A stretch of 38,148 bases of DNA, taken from assembly GCA_036257225.1 (NCBI GenBank), contig DATAFZ010000158.1, positions 1 through 38,148 on the forward strand, given 5' to 3'. Positions 15,308 through 23,122 of this stretch are shown piece by piece. Within the stretch, counting starts at the first letter, position 1. Every line of letters begins with the position of its first letter. The notes under the pieces are model-generated. The model had not been told where the DNA came from. It saw only the letters and a list, made by a program, of their open reading frames with translations, and made no database searches. This DNA is from Candidatus Limnocylindrales bacterium (GTDB taxonomy: Bacteria; Chloroflexota; Limnocylindria; Limnocylindrales; CSP1-4). Position numbers and translations under genes: made by a program.

Positions 15308-16813
15308 TCAGACGCTGACGGCGAGCGACGGCCGGCCGACTCGGCGGGACGAGGGTGCGTACTCCGTCCACGCTGCTGCCAGGCGATCCACACCTTCGAT
15401 GAGCCTGTCTGGGTCCGTGCCGTAGGCGATGCGGATGTGATCGCGGAAGCCACCGTCGGGTGATGCCAGCGGTCCGGGCCGGACGATCACGCCGTGCCGG
15501 GCCGCGAGCCTGCTGAACTGCACGGCGTCTGCGTCCGGCAGCTTGATCCAGAGCGACAGACCGCCCGGCGGCGTCACGAACGACCAGTCGGGGAGCCGCG
15601 CCTGCAAAGCGTCGGCGACGATCGAGCGACGCGTCGCGGCAGCCGCGGCGGATGCGGCGATGACGTCATCGATACGCTCGAGGACCCGCACGGCGATCGC
15701 CTGGGTGATGAGGCTGGTGGCGTGGTCCGCCACGATCTTGCCGGCCACGAGCCGGTCGATATCGGCTCGCGGGGCCCGGATCCAGCCGATCCGGAGGCCG
15801 CCCCATGCCAGCTTGCTGAGCGACCCGATGGTGATGACGCGGTCGCCCGGATCGAACGCCGCGATCGGCGGCGGCGCGCCGACCCCGAGCGTCCAGTCCG
15901 GCGTCAGATCCTCGACGACCTGGAAACCGAATTCGGCCGCAGCCCGCACAAGGTCACGCCGCCGCAGCTCCGGCATCGTGGCGCCGGTCGGGTTGTGGAA
16001 GGTAGGCACGACGTAGGCGAGCTGGACCGGTGCGCTCGCGGCGAGCAACCCGGCCATGTCGACGCGTGGCCCATCCGGATCGACGGGCATCGGCAGCAAA
16101 CGGTTGCCGGTCGTCCGGAACGCATCGATCGCGCCGATGTAGGTCGGGTTCTCGAGCACGACCGCACTGCCCGGGCCGCCGATCTGCGACGCGACCAGGT
16201 GGACGGCCTGCTGTGCGCCATTCGTCACGAGGATCTGGTCGGGGTCGGTGGGGACGCCCAACCGCTCGAGATAGGCGGCGATCGCCACGCGGAGCCGGGG
16301 CAAGCCGAATGGGTCGTAGCCCATCTCCGTCAGCAACGCGGGGACGTCATCGCGCAACGCGGTCTCGATGCAGCCGGCCACAGCCTGGCTGGCCGGCAGG
16401 GCTCCGATCGTGAACTGGATCGCGTCGACATCGTGGTGAACGAGCCAGTCCGGGGGCCCCGCCGCCCTCGCCGACGCGGGGCCGATGCGGAGCGGCGCCT
16501 CGGTGTCGGTGTCTTCGGGTCGGGTCGGCGCGAGCGAGAAGAGTCCCGGACGACGTGTGGCGACGCGCGTACCACTGCCCTGCCGGCTCCGTGCAAGACC
16601 AGCAAGGCGCAGCCGGTCGTAGGCCGCCACGATCGTCGTCCGGCTCAATGCAAGCTCCCGAGCCAACTCGCGCTCGGCGGGGAGCCTGGTCCCTGGCGGC
16701 AGCATGCCGACCTCGATCGCGCGAGTCAGCGCGTCGGCCAGCTGCTCATTCAGAGGATCAGCGCCATCAGCCCACGGCCCCAGCATGCTCACCAGCACGG
16801 ATGCCGAGACCAT
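15308..16813 (-). CDS. MocR/PdxR-family regulator (GntR wHTH fused to a class-I aminotransferase-like PLP domain)
   Basis: wHTH LPPGTRLPAERELARELALSRTTIVAAYDRLRLAGLARSRQGSGTRV. The aminotransferase fold shows VTNGAQQAV, YVVPTFHNPTG, and SLSKLAWGGLRIGW with the PLP Lys. The start is ATG 16813, or alternatively 16786. Confidence 0.85.
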   Translation of the reverse strand: MVSASVLVSMLGPWADGADPLNEQLADALTRAIEVGMLPPGTRLPAERELARELALSRTTIVAAYDRLRLAGLARSRQGSGTRVATRRPGLFSLAPTRPEDTDTEAPLRIGPASARAAGPPDWLVHHDVDAIQFTIGALPASQAVAGCIETALRDDVPALLTEMGYDPFGLPRLRVAIAAYLERLGVPTDPDQILVTNGAQQAVHLVASQIGGPGSAVVLENPTYIGAIDAFRTTGNRLLPMPVDPDGPRVDMAGLLAASAPVQLAYVVPTFHNPTGATMPELRRRDLVRAAAEFGFQVVEDLTPDWTLGVGAPPPIAAFDPGDRVITIGSLSKLAWGGLRIGWIRAPRADIDRLVAGKIVADHATSLITQAIAVRVLERIDDVIAASAAAAATRRSIVADALQARLPDWSFVTPPGGLSLWIKLPDADAVQFSRLAARHGVIVRPGPLASPDGGFRDHIRIAYGTDPDRLIEGVDRLAAAWTEYAPSSRRVGRPSLAVSV

Positions 16814-16825
16814 CGATTGCCTTTT

Positions 16826-16898
16826 CAGTCCACTTGGGCCGAATTGGCCCGTTGAATCATCGGTCATGGGATGCCAATATGCATCCATACCAGTCCAC
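16826..16898. promoter_or_regulatory. Direct repeats and an inverted repeat in the divergent region between MocR and the small peptide gene
   Basis: CAGTCCAC occurs at 16826-16833 and 16891-16898. GGATGC-caatat-GCATCC lies at 16869-16886. A possible promoter TTGAAT-17nt-CAATAT (16852-16880) faces the peptide gene. Confidence 0.3.
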
Positions 16899-16953
16899 AT
16901 GTCAACACCGAACATCGAAGCGGCGGACCGGACTGGATCGGAAGGGCGACCGA

Positions 16954-17103
16954 ATGACCATCGATCTCGCGATGGCTGCCCTGGTGGCGACCATCCTCAT
17001 CGGACCGTTCATCGCGTTGGCCGTAGCGGCCCTACGGTTCGGCGTCGACTCACGCCCCGGCATCGGCGACGCCGACCGACGGCCTTGGCTCGTCGGCCAC
17101 TGA
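16954..17103 (+). CDS. Small (49 aa) single-pass membrane peptide
   Basis: MTIDLAMAALVATILIGPFIALAVAALRFGVDSRPGIGDADRRPWLVGH. GAAGGG lies 7 nt upstream of the ATG, and a strong terminator follows. The hydrophobic helix followed by the G(V/A)DSRP motif recurs in small actinobacterial ORFs (from memory). Confidence 0.5.
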   Translation: MTIDLAMAALVATILIGPFIALAVAALRFGVDSRPGIGDADRRPWLVGH

Positions 17104-17123
17104 CCATCGACTCTCCGCGCAGG

Positions 17124-17160
17124 CGAACGACCCCGGTCCTCCACCGGGGTCGTTTCGTGT
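17124..17160 (+). terminator. Intrinsic terminator
   Basis: GACCCCGG (17129-17136), loop tcctcca, CCGGGGTC (17144-17151), with flanking pairs extending the stem, followed by GTTTCGTGT. Confidence 0.6.
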
Positions 17161-17170
17161 CCAGGATGGG

Positions 17171-17740
17171 TCAGCCCTTGGCGGCTCGCATCGCTGCCTT
17201 CTTGGCGCGCTTCCCGGCCTGATACGTGGCCAAGGCCTCCGGAGAATCGACATCGCCGAGCGTGGGGTGTCTCGGCATCACCTGGTCCATCGCCGGGAGC
17301 GCGACCCCGAGTCGTTTGCCCAGGATGGCGATGAGGCTTTTCGCTTTCATGTCGCCGATACCCGGTAGGCCGAGAAGGCGGCGCTCGAGATCTGGTCCGT
17401 CCACGGCCTCTGTCCAGATCCGGCTCGCGTCGTTGCCGTAGTCACGCGCCACGGCCTCGGCCAGCTGCTGGACCTTGCCGGCCATGGAGCCAGGGAAGCG
17501 ATGCAGCGCGGGCCGTTCACGGAACACCGCGTCGAGGGTCGAGGGATCGGTGGCAGCGATGCGGGCAGCATCGAGGTGGCCGAGCCGGCGCTGCAGCTCG
17601 GCCGGCCCCGAGAAGGCCTTCTGGACGGTGACTTGCTGGTCGAGCGCGAAACCGATGAGCAGGGCCAATGGGTTGGCGACGAGCAGGCGATCGGCCTCGT
17701 CGTCGCCGGTGAACGGCAGTCGATCGGTCGGCGCGGTCAT
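17171..17740 (-). CDS. HhH-GPD-type base-excision DNA repair family protein
   Basis: LLIGFALDQQVTVQKAF, LHRFPGSMAGKVQQLA, and the helix-hairpin-helix LLGLPGIGDMKAKSLIAILG. The start is ATG 17740 (MTAPTDRL). Confidence 0.8.
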   Translation of the reverse strand: MTAPTDRLPFTGDDEADRLLVANPLALLIGFALDQQVTVQKAFSGPAELQRRLGHLDAARIAATDPSTLDAVFRERPALHRFPGSMAGKVQQLAEAVARDYGNDASRIWTEAVDGPDLERRLLGLPGIGDMKAKSLIAILGKRLGVALPAMDQVMPRHPTLGDVDSPEALATYQAGKRAKKAAMRAAKG

Positions 17741-18006
17741 CCCCGCATGGTAGTGGCTCGAGGGACGCCCTAGCGAGAGCGCGCGAGCTCGAGCGGGGGC
17801 TCGCCGACCAGCCGCCGGCCCAGCGCGATGACGCGAAAGCCGAGTGCACGGCGGATCGTGGCTTGACGCGTCGGCGCATCGGCCCTCGTCATCTGTCCAC
17901 CCGCCACTCGCCACGGATGACAGCTGCGGTCGCGGGTATCGCCGCGCACCATGGCGCAAGCCCCGACCACCTCGGTCGGGCGACGACGTACGGAAGGAGC
18001 TCGGCG

Positions 18007-18123
18007 ATGGCCTCGACCCCGATGATCCGGGCGGATGCCTTCGGGCTGCTCCCGTCGTTGCTCATCCTGCTGCTGTTGGTCCTCGCGGTTCTCGGCATCG
18101 TGGCGCAGGCCGCGACCGCCTAG
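18007..18123 (+). CDS. Possible small (38 aa) membrane protein
   Basis: GGAAGGAG (17992-17999) lies 7 nt before ATG 18007. The product is MASTPMIRADAFGLLPSLLILLLLVLAVLGIVAQAATA. The only support is the RBS and the hydrophobic helix. Confidence 0.35.
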   Translation: MASTPMIRADAFGLLPSLLILLLLVLAVLGIVAQAATA

Positions 18124-18199
18124 CGCGGGGACCGCCCCGAGCGGATCCCATGGCCCCGGCGCGGACGTCCCCCCCGTCCCCGGGGCCACCTACAAACGA

Positions 18200-18223
18200 T
18201 GAGGCCCGGCGGATGCCGGGCCT
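18200..18223 (-). terminator. Perfect 10-bp stem hairpin downstream of the secreted-protein gene
   Basis: GAGGCCCGGC-ggat-GCCGGGCCTC. On the minus strand it is followed by ATCGTTTGTAGG. Confidence 0.55.
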
Positions 18224-18253
18224 CGTCAGTGCGTTCGAACGAGCGACGTGCGG

Positions 18254-19102
18254 TCAGCCGCCAAGCCGCCAGGTCGCGGCCGAGAGACCGAGGTTGCCGA
18301 TGGCCGAGCGCCAGTACTTCCCGGCCTGGGGCGGGTCGGAATGGGCCTTCGCCCAGTACGTGCGTGACGAGTTGAAATAGAAGTCGCGTGCGCCGCTCGC
18401 GGCCGGGTGCGACATCAGGATGGCGTTCATCGTCCTGTCGGTCGTGAACAGCGAGCGGATCTGATGCGACACGCTGTTGATCGCTTCGGCGAACACCACC
18501 CTGGCACCTGACCGCAGGAACCCGGCGCCGTAGTTGTCGATGCGCTTGATCGCGGTCGACTTGGTCGGGTTGGCCCAACCCCACTCCGAGTTGCCCGAGG
18601 CATAGCAGAGGCGGTTGAGGATCACGACCGCATTCCTGGCCATCTGGATGTCGCGGTCGATGTAGTACTCGCCCCAGTACTTGACATTGGAGTTGCCGTT
18701 GCCGGACGTGGCATTGAGCCCCATCCCGTCCTTCGTGTAGCGCTGGAAGGTGCCGTACGGGCTCGGGTAGCCATTGCCGTGACCGAGATAGATCAGGAGA
18801 TTCGCGCCCTGGGCCGCCGACTTGACCCGACTCCAGGTGGCATATGGGCTGTAGATCTCGGTGACGGTCGCTCCGTAGGAGCGGGCGAGGCTGGCGTAGA
18901 CCCTGGCGCTGTCACGGTACTTGGCCGTGCTCGTGCCGGCTGGCCCGACGACCACGACGACCTTGATGCTCGCTGCATGGGTCTCCTGGGGCGTGGCCAA
19001 GACGCCGAGGCTGGCGGCGAATGCAGCCAAGAGCGCCACGACGATCACACGACGTGACGTCGAGATGGACGCCCGCCGGGCGCCGTATGGGTGAACCGGC
19101 AA
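18254..19102 (-). CDS. Secreted protein of unknown function with a caspase/gingipain-like (clan CD) His-Cys dyad pattern
   Basis: TTG 19102 lies 8 nt after GGAGG. The signal peptide is RRVIVVALLAAFAASLGVLATPQETHA-AS. A beta-alpha-beta start (IKVVVVVGPAG) is followed by LLIYLGHGNG (His) and VVILNRLCYASGNSE (Cys). The upstream 128 codons of the track ORF are not coding-like. Confidence 0.65.
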   Translation of the reverse strand: MPVHPYGARRASISTSRRVIVVALLAAFAASLGVLATPQETHAASIKVVVVVGPAGTSTAKYRDSARVYASLARSYGATVTEIYSPYATWSRVKSAAQGANLLIYLGHGNGYPSPYGTFQRYTKDGMGLNATSGNGNSNVKYWGEYYIDRDIQMARNAVVILNRLCYASGNSEWGWANPTKSTAIKRIDNYGAGFLRSGARVVFAEAINSVSHQIRSLFTTDRTMNAILMSHPAASGARDFYFNSSRTYWAKAHSDPPQAGKYWRSAIGNLGLSAATWRLGG

Positions 19103-19652
19103 TGTCCTTGCCTCCTCTCTCCCGGAACATCGCGTGGGGGACGCGATGACGGTCGAAATGGGCCGCCGCCGGCAGTGGAGCGAGGTGTGCGGATAAGGCC
19201 GTGTGCGTCGGACCGCGGTGAGCGCGGGCCGAGGCGGTCCTCGGGCCGGGTGAGCCGGAGCGAGGGTGTCGAGTGCGGTACCCGACGAAGGACAGGGGTA
19301 CTGCCGTGGGGGGCGGCGAGTCTTCTGTTGGGCCTGTCTATCGGGATGGCGCTTGGGGGTCGCCCCGGAGTATGGCAGCGCCGAGCTCGAGCTGTCTGCA
19401 GCCAGAGGTCCTGTGCGGCCCCCGGACGGGCGTCCCCAGGGGGTTTTGCGGTGCCTGCGCGCACCGACGGTCGCGTGATCGGGCACGTCGTCCGCGACGG
19501 ATCGGAGCGCCGAAGCGCGGTAGTGGCGCCGTTTCCGCTATGCTCCGGGCGGCCGACGGGCGGCTGCGCGATCGCGCGCACGGCCGGCGCCGCCGTCGCG
19601 CTCCCGCGGAATCCGCCCCGCGACGGCACCGGATCATTCGCAGGAGCAACAT

Positions 19653-20954
19653 TTGACCTTCGACTCGCTCGGCCTGTCGGCCGATCTGCTCGCGACCGTC
19701 GCCGCCGAGGGCTACACCACCCCGACACCGGTCCAGGCAGCCGCCATCCCCATCGTCCTCCAGGGTCGCGACGTCCTCGCGGCCGCGCAGACCGGCACCG
19801 GCAAGACCGCCGCGTTCACGCTGCCGATCCTCGACCGCCTACGCGGCCACGCGAACGACTCGTTCTCACCGGCCCGTCACCCCGTCCGCGTCCTGATCCT
19901 CGTGCCGACGCGCGAGCTGGCCATGCAGGTGGACGCGGCCGTCGCTACCTACGGGCGGACCGTCCCGCTGCGGTCGGCCGTCGTGTACGGCGGCGTCCCC
20001 ATGGATCCGCAGATCAAGGCGCTGCGCGCCGGCGTCGAGATCCTGACCGCCACGCCCGGCCGGCTGCTCGATCTCGTCGGGCAGCGCGTGGCCAATCTCG
20101 GCCAGGTCGAGGTGCTCGTCCTCGACGAGGCCGATCGCATGCTCGACATGGGCTTCATGCCCGATATCCAGCGGATCCTGGAGCTGCTGCCCAAGCGCCG
20201 CCAGAACCTGATGTTCTCGGCCACGTTCTCGGAGGACATCCGGCGGTTGTCGGGGACGATCCTGCGGGATCCGGCAACGGTCGAGGTCATGCCGCGCAAT
20301 ACCGCCGCCGAGGCGGTCAAGCAACTCGTGTATCCGGTCGATCGCGACCGGAAGGAGGAGCTGCTGGCGCACCTGATCCGCGAGGACGACCTCCACCAGG
20401 TGCTGGTCTTCACCCGCACGAAGCTGGCGGCGTCACGCCTGGCCTCGCGACTCGATCGGGAGGGACTCGATGCGGTGGCGATCCATAGCGATCGCTCGCA
20501 GCCCGAGCGGACACGGGCGCTCGAGGGTTTCAAGTCCGGCGATATCCGGGTCCTCGTCGCCACGGACGTCGCGGCCCGGGGTCTCGATATCGAGGACTTG
20601 CCGGTCGTCGTCAACTTCGAGCTCCCGTGGAACCCGCAGGACTACATCCATCGGATCGGCCGGACCGGTCGGGCCGGTGCCTCGGGCGAGGCCATCAGCC
20701 TGGTGTGCATCGACGAGGTCGACCTGCTGCGGGGCATCCAGCGGATGCTCCGGCGGGCGATCCCATGGACCGTGGAGGACGGCTTCGTCCCGGATCGGTC
20801 GGCCGAGCCGCGGCCGCTTGGGATGCGCGCCGGCCACGCCCGGGTCGGACGCGATCACCACGCCCATCGAAAGCCCGTCCGCCGTCGGCCCGGCGGTGCA
20901 GGATCGCGCGAGGGACGGCGGCCCGAACGATCGGGCCGCGCGCGCGGGCGCTAA
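19653..20954 (+). CDS. DEAD-box ATP-dependent RNA helicase (RhlE-like) with a basic C-terminal tail
   Basis: Q motif TPTPVQ, motif I AQTGTGKTAAF, PTRELA, the DEAD box VLDEADRMLDMGF, SAT, and HRIGRTGRAG. The start TTG 19653 lies 6 nt after AGGAG. The tail is Arg-rich. Confidence 0.9.
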   Translation: MTFDSLGLSADLLATVAAEGYTTPTPVQAAAIPIVLQGRDVLAAAQTGTGKTAAFTLPILDRLRGHANDSFSPARHPVRVLILVPTRELAMQVDAAVATYGRTVPLRSAVVYGGVPMDPQIKALRAGVEILTATPGRLLDLVGQRVANLGQVEVLVLDEADRMLDMGFMPDIQRILELLPKRRQNLMFSATFSEDIRRLSGTILRDPATVEVMPRNTAAEAVKQLVYPVDRDRKEELLAHLIREDDLHQVLVFTRTKLAASRLASRLDREGLDAVAIHSDRSQPERTRALEGFKSGDIRVLVATDVAARGLDIEDLPVVVNFELPWNPQDYIHRIGRTGRAGASGEAISLVCIDEVDLLRGIQRMLRRAIPWTVEDGFVPDRSAEPRPLGMRAGHARVGRDHHAHRKPVRRRPGGAGSREGRRPERSGRARGR

Positions 20955-20955
20955 C

Positions 20956-21501
20956 TCAGACGGCGCCGGTCCCGGCGACGTCGGCCTCGGCGACGTCGGA
21001 CTGGATCATCCTCGCACCGGGGAAGAAGAACCCGAGCATCAGGTCGCAGGCCACGCTCTCCACACAGTAGCGATTGATCAGCGCGTGGTGGCCGACCGGG
21101 GTGAGCGGGGGCGGCGACGCGACGTCGGTCCGCAGGCCGATCGCGACGTCCTTGAGCAACACGAACTCGCCCGACGGACGGGTCAGCGCCCGACCGGGAT
21201 CGAACCCAGGCAGCGTCGGCATCTCGCCCTCGACGGTGTAGGGGCCCACGTCGACGCGGACGCTGTGCCATGAGGCATGGACCGGGATCATCGGGTCGTC
21301 ATCGGCGACCGCGATCAAGACGTCGTCGATCGGGATGGTCGTCGCGGACGCGGGGCGGGCTGGCCCGTCGAGCGGTTGCCACCGGACTTGTTCGAGCGCA
21401 AGGACGCCATCGTGTTCGAGCACGTCGCGCAGCGTCCCGGCGCGCGCGAGCACGCCGCTGGCCATACCCCCCGTCATATAGGCATCGACGCGGATGGACA
21501 T
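20956..21501 (-). CDS. Hypothetical protein (apparent internal duplication)
   Basis: Coding-like composition. Two similar halves are present (IRVDAYMTGG...VLALEQV...IPIDDVLIAV and VRVDVGPYTVEG...FVLLKDV...ALINRYCVESV). ATG 21501 is preceded by GGGGGA. I did not recognise a family. Confidence 0.55.
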   Translation of the reverse strand: MSIRVDAYMTGGMASGVLARAGTLRDVLEHDGVLALEQVRWQPLDGPARPASATTIPIDDVLIAVADDDPMIPVHASWHSVRVDVGPYTVEGEMPTLPGFDPGRALTRPSGEFVLLKDVAIGLRTDVASPPPLTPVGHHALINRYCVESVACDLMLGFFFPGARMIQSDVAEADVAGTGAV

Positions 21502-21604
21502 GCGTCCCCCGAGAACGTGGCCCAACCGTGGACTTCGCGCGCGCGCGCGGCAAGTAGTCCTTGGGTACCGGTCAGGTCGATCCGGTGGTCAGACGCCTTC
21601 TCGT

Positions 21605-23077
21605 TCAGCGGCGCACCCGACAGCGGCAGGGGTCATCGACCGGGGTGAGTGCGAGACGGAGCAGCGAGCGGACGATCGGGCCCGGGTCGGTCCGGCTCTG
21701 GTTGGTCAGGACGGCGATCGACACGCCCTGATCGGGCAGGTAGCGGACTGCGGATCGGAAACCCAGTAATCGCCCCGAATGGCCGACCGTCCGACGCCCA
21801 TCGATCTCGAGCACCTGCACACCGTAGCCGTACGGGATGGCCGACTCGACCGCGCTCGTGACCGCGACATCGGTCATTGCGGCCCGGTACTGCGGGTCGA
21901 GCACGTCACCGCCGTACAGCGCCTGGGCCCAGCGCGCCAGATCTCGGGCGTTGGCCGCGAACCCACCGGCGCCCCCGGCGGCGGTGACCACCGAGGTGAA
22001 CGGCACCAGCGGCGTCCCATCCGACAGGTCGATCGCGGGCGCGGCCTTGGCCGTCGACGCGAAGCGGTAGCCGTGCGCGACGTCGGTGGGCGCGTCCTCC
22101 TCGGGCTGGTACCACGTGTGCTCGAGGCCAAGCGGTTCGAGGAAGCGGGTCCTGACCTGGTCGGCGAGCGATGCCTTGCCGACCTTCTCGGCGAGCATCC
22201 CGAGCACGAGGTAGTTCGTGTTCGAGTACGCCCAGCCCTTGCCGGCCTCGAAGTACGACTTGCCGACGTACTTCAGAGCTGCCGCCGCGCTCCAGCGCCG
22301 GTCGGGTCGAGTGAGCAGCAGCCTGTCGATGGAAGGGTGGAAGAAGTAGTCGCGCAATCCGCTCGTGTGATCGAGCAGGTGGCGGACCTTCACCTTGGCT
22401 GAGACCTTCTTCACATCGGGCAGGTACTGCCGGACTGGCGCGTCGAGCGCGATCAGCCCGTCCTCGGCGAGGGCCAGGATCAAGGCGGCGGTGAACGTCT
22501 TGCTAACGCTGGCGATCGCGAACGAGGTCGAGCGGGTGACCGGCGTTTCCGCCGCGACGTCGGCCATCCCACTGACGCCGGACCAAGTCGCGCCGTCCGG
22601 CAGCACGATCGCCACCGAGATACCCGGGATCGCGAAGCGCTCCCGGAGCCGATCGAGCCTGGCCTGCAGCGCCAGCCTGGTCGCCGGGGCAAGGCGCGGT
22701 CGGGTGATCGGTCGGGGCGGCTCGACCAGCGGCGGTGTGCCCGCCTCCGGCGCGGGAACCGGGACGAGAGCCGGCGTCGTGGACGCGGCCGGCGACGGCG
22801 AAGGCGACGACGATGCGGTGCTCGACGGGGTCGAGCTCGACGGAGCCGAGCGCGACGGTGTCACCGCCATGGCCGTGGGAGACGCGGTCGTCGGGTCGGG
22901 CGTGGGAGACGCGGTCGTAACCGGGAACGCCGGTGTCACTGCGCCGAGCGGCCCAAGCGGGGGCGGCACGGACAGGATCGGCCCCAGGGTGACGGTGCCG
23001 ATGGCTGCTGCGACGGCGACCGGGACGATCAGGAGGGTCTGCCGGGCCCCCGCCCGGCGCGACCGGGACGCGGCCAT
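21605..23077 (-). CDS. Serine hydrolase, beta-lactamase/transpeptidase-like (class C/PBP4-type) with a signal/anchor and a Pro/Ser/Thr-rich linker
   Basis: S-x-x-K motif FAIASVSKTF, YSNTNY (YxN), and a C-terminal HSG triad (VGHSGRLLGF). The N-terminal TM/signal segment is LLIVPVAVAAAIGTV. The start is ATG 23077, or alternatively 23116. Confidence 0.85.
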   Translation of the reverse strand: MAASRSRRAGARQTLLIVPVAVAAAIGTVTLGPILSVPPPLGPLGAVTPAFPVTTASPTPDPTTASPTAMAVTPSRSAPSSSTPSSTASSSPSPSPAASTTPALVPVPAPEAGTPPLVEPPRPITRPRLAPATRLALQARLDRLRERFAIPGISVAIVLPDGATWSGVSGMADVAAETPVTRSTSFAIASVSKTFTAALILALAEDGLIALDAPVRQYLPDVKKVSAKVKVRHLLDHTSGLRDYFFHPSIDRLLLTRPDRRWSAAAALKYVGKSYFEAGKGWAYSNTNYLVLGMLAEKVGKASLADQVRTRFLEPLGLEHTWYQPEEDAPTDVAHGYRFASTAKAAPAIDLSDGTPLVPFTSVVTAAGGAGGFAANARDLARWAQALYGGDVLDPQYRAAMTDVAVTSAVESAIPYGYGVQVLEIDGRRTVGHSGRLLGFRSAVRYLPDQGVSIAVLTNQSRTDPGPIVRSLLRLALTPVDDPCRCRVRR

Positions 23078-23122
23078 GCAGCGGGCACCATACCGCGGAG
23101 CCTCGACCGGTACCATCCCCGG

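Noticed and set aside
17770-18189. A 139-aa minus-strand ORF between the HhH-GPD gene and the secreted-protein gene.
   Set aside because: It is highly Arg/Gly/Gln-rich and has no start context or motifs. It overlaps the better-supported small plus-strand ORF, which has a GGAAGGAG RBS.
19103-19652. A known structured RNA (riboswitch, RNase P, tmRNA, SRP or 6S) in the long spacer.
   Set aside because: I could not find any of the conserved cores by eye on either strand. It is kept only as an unexplained long leader pending an Rfam scan.
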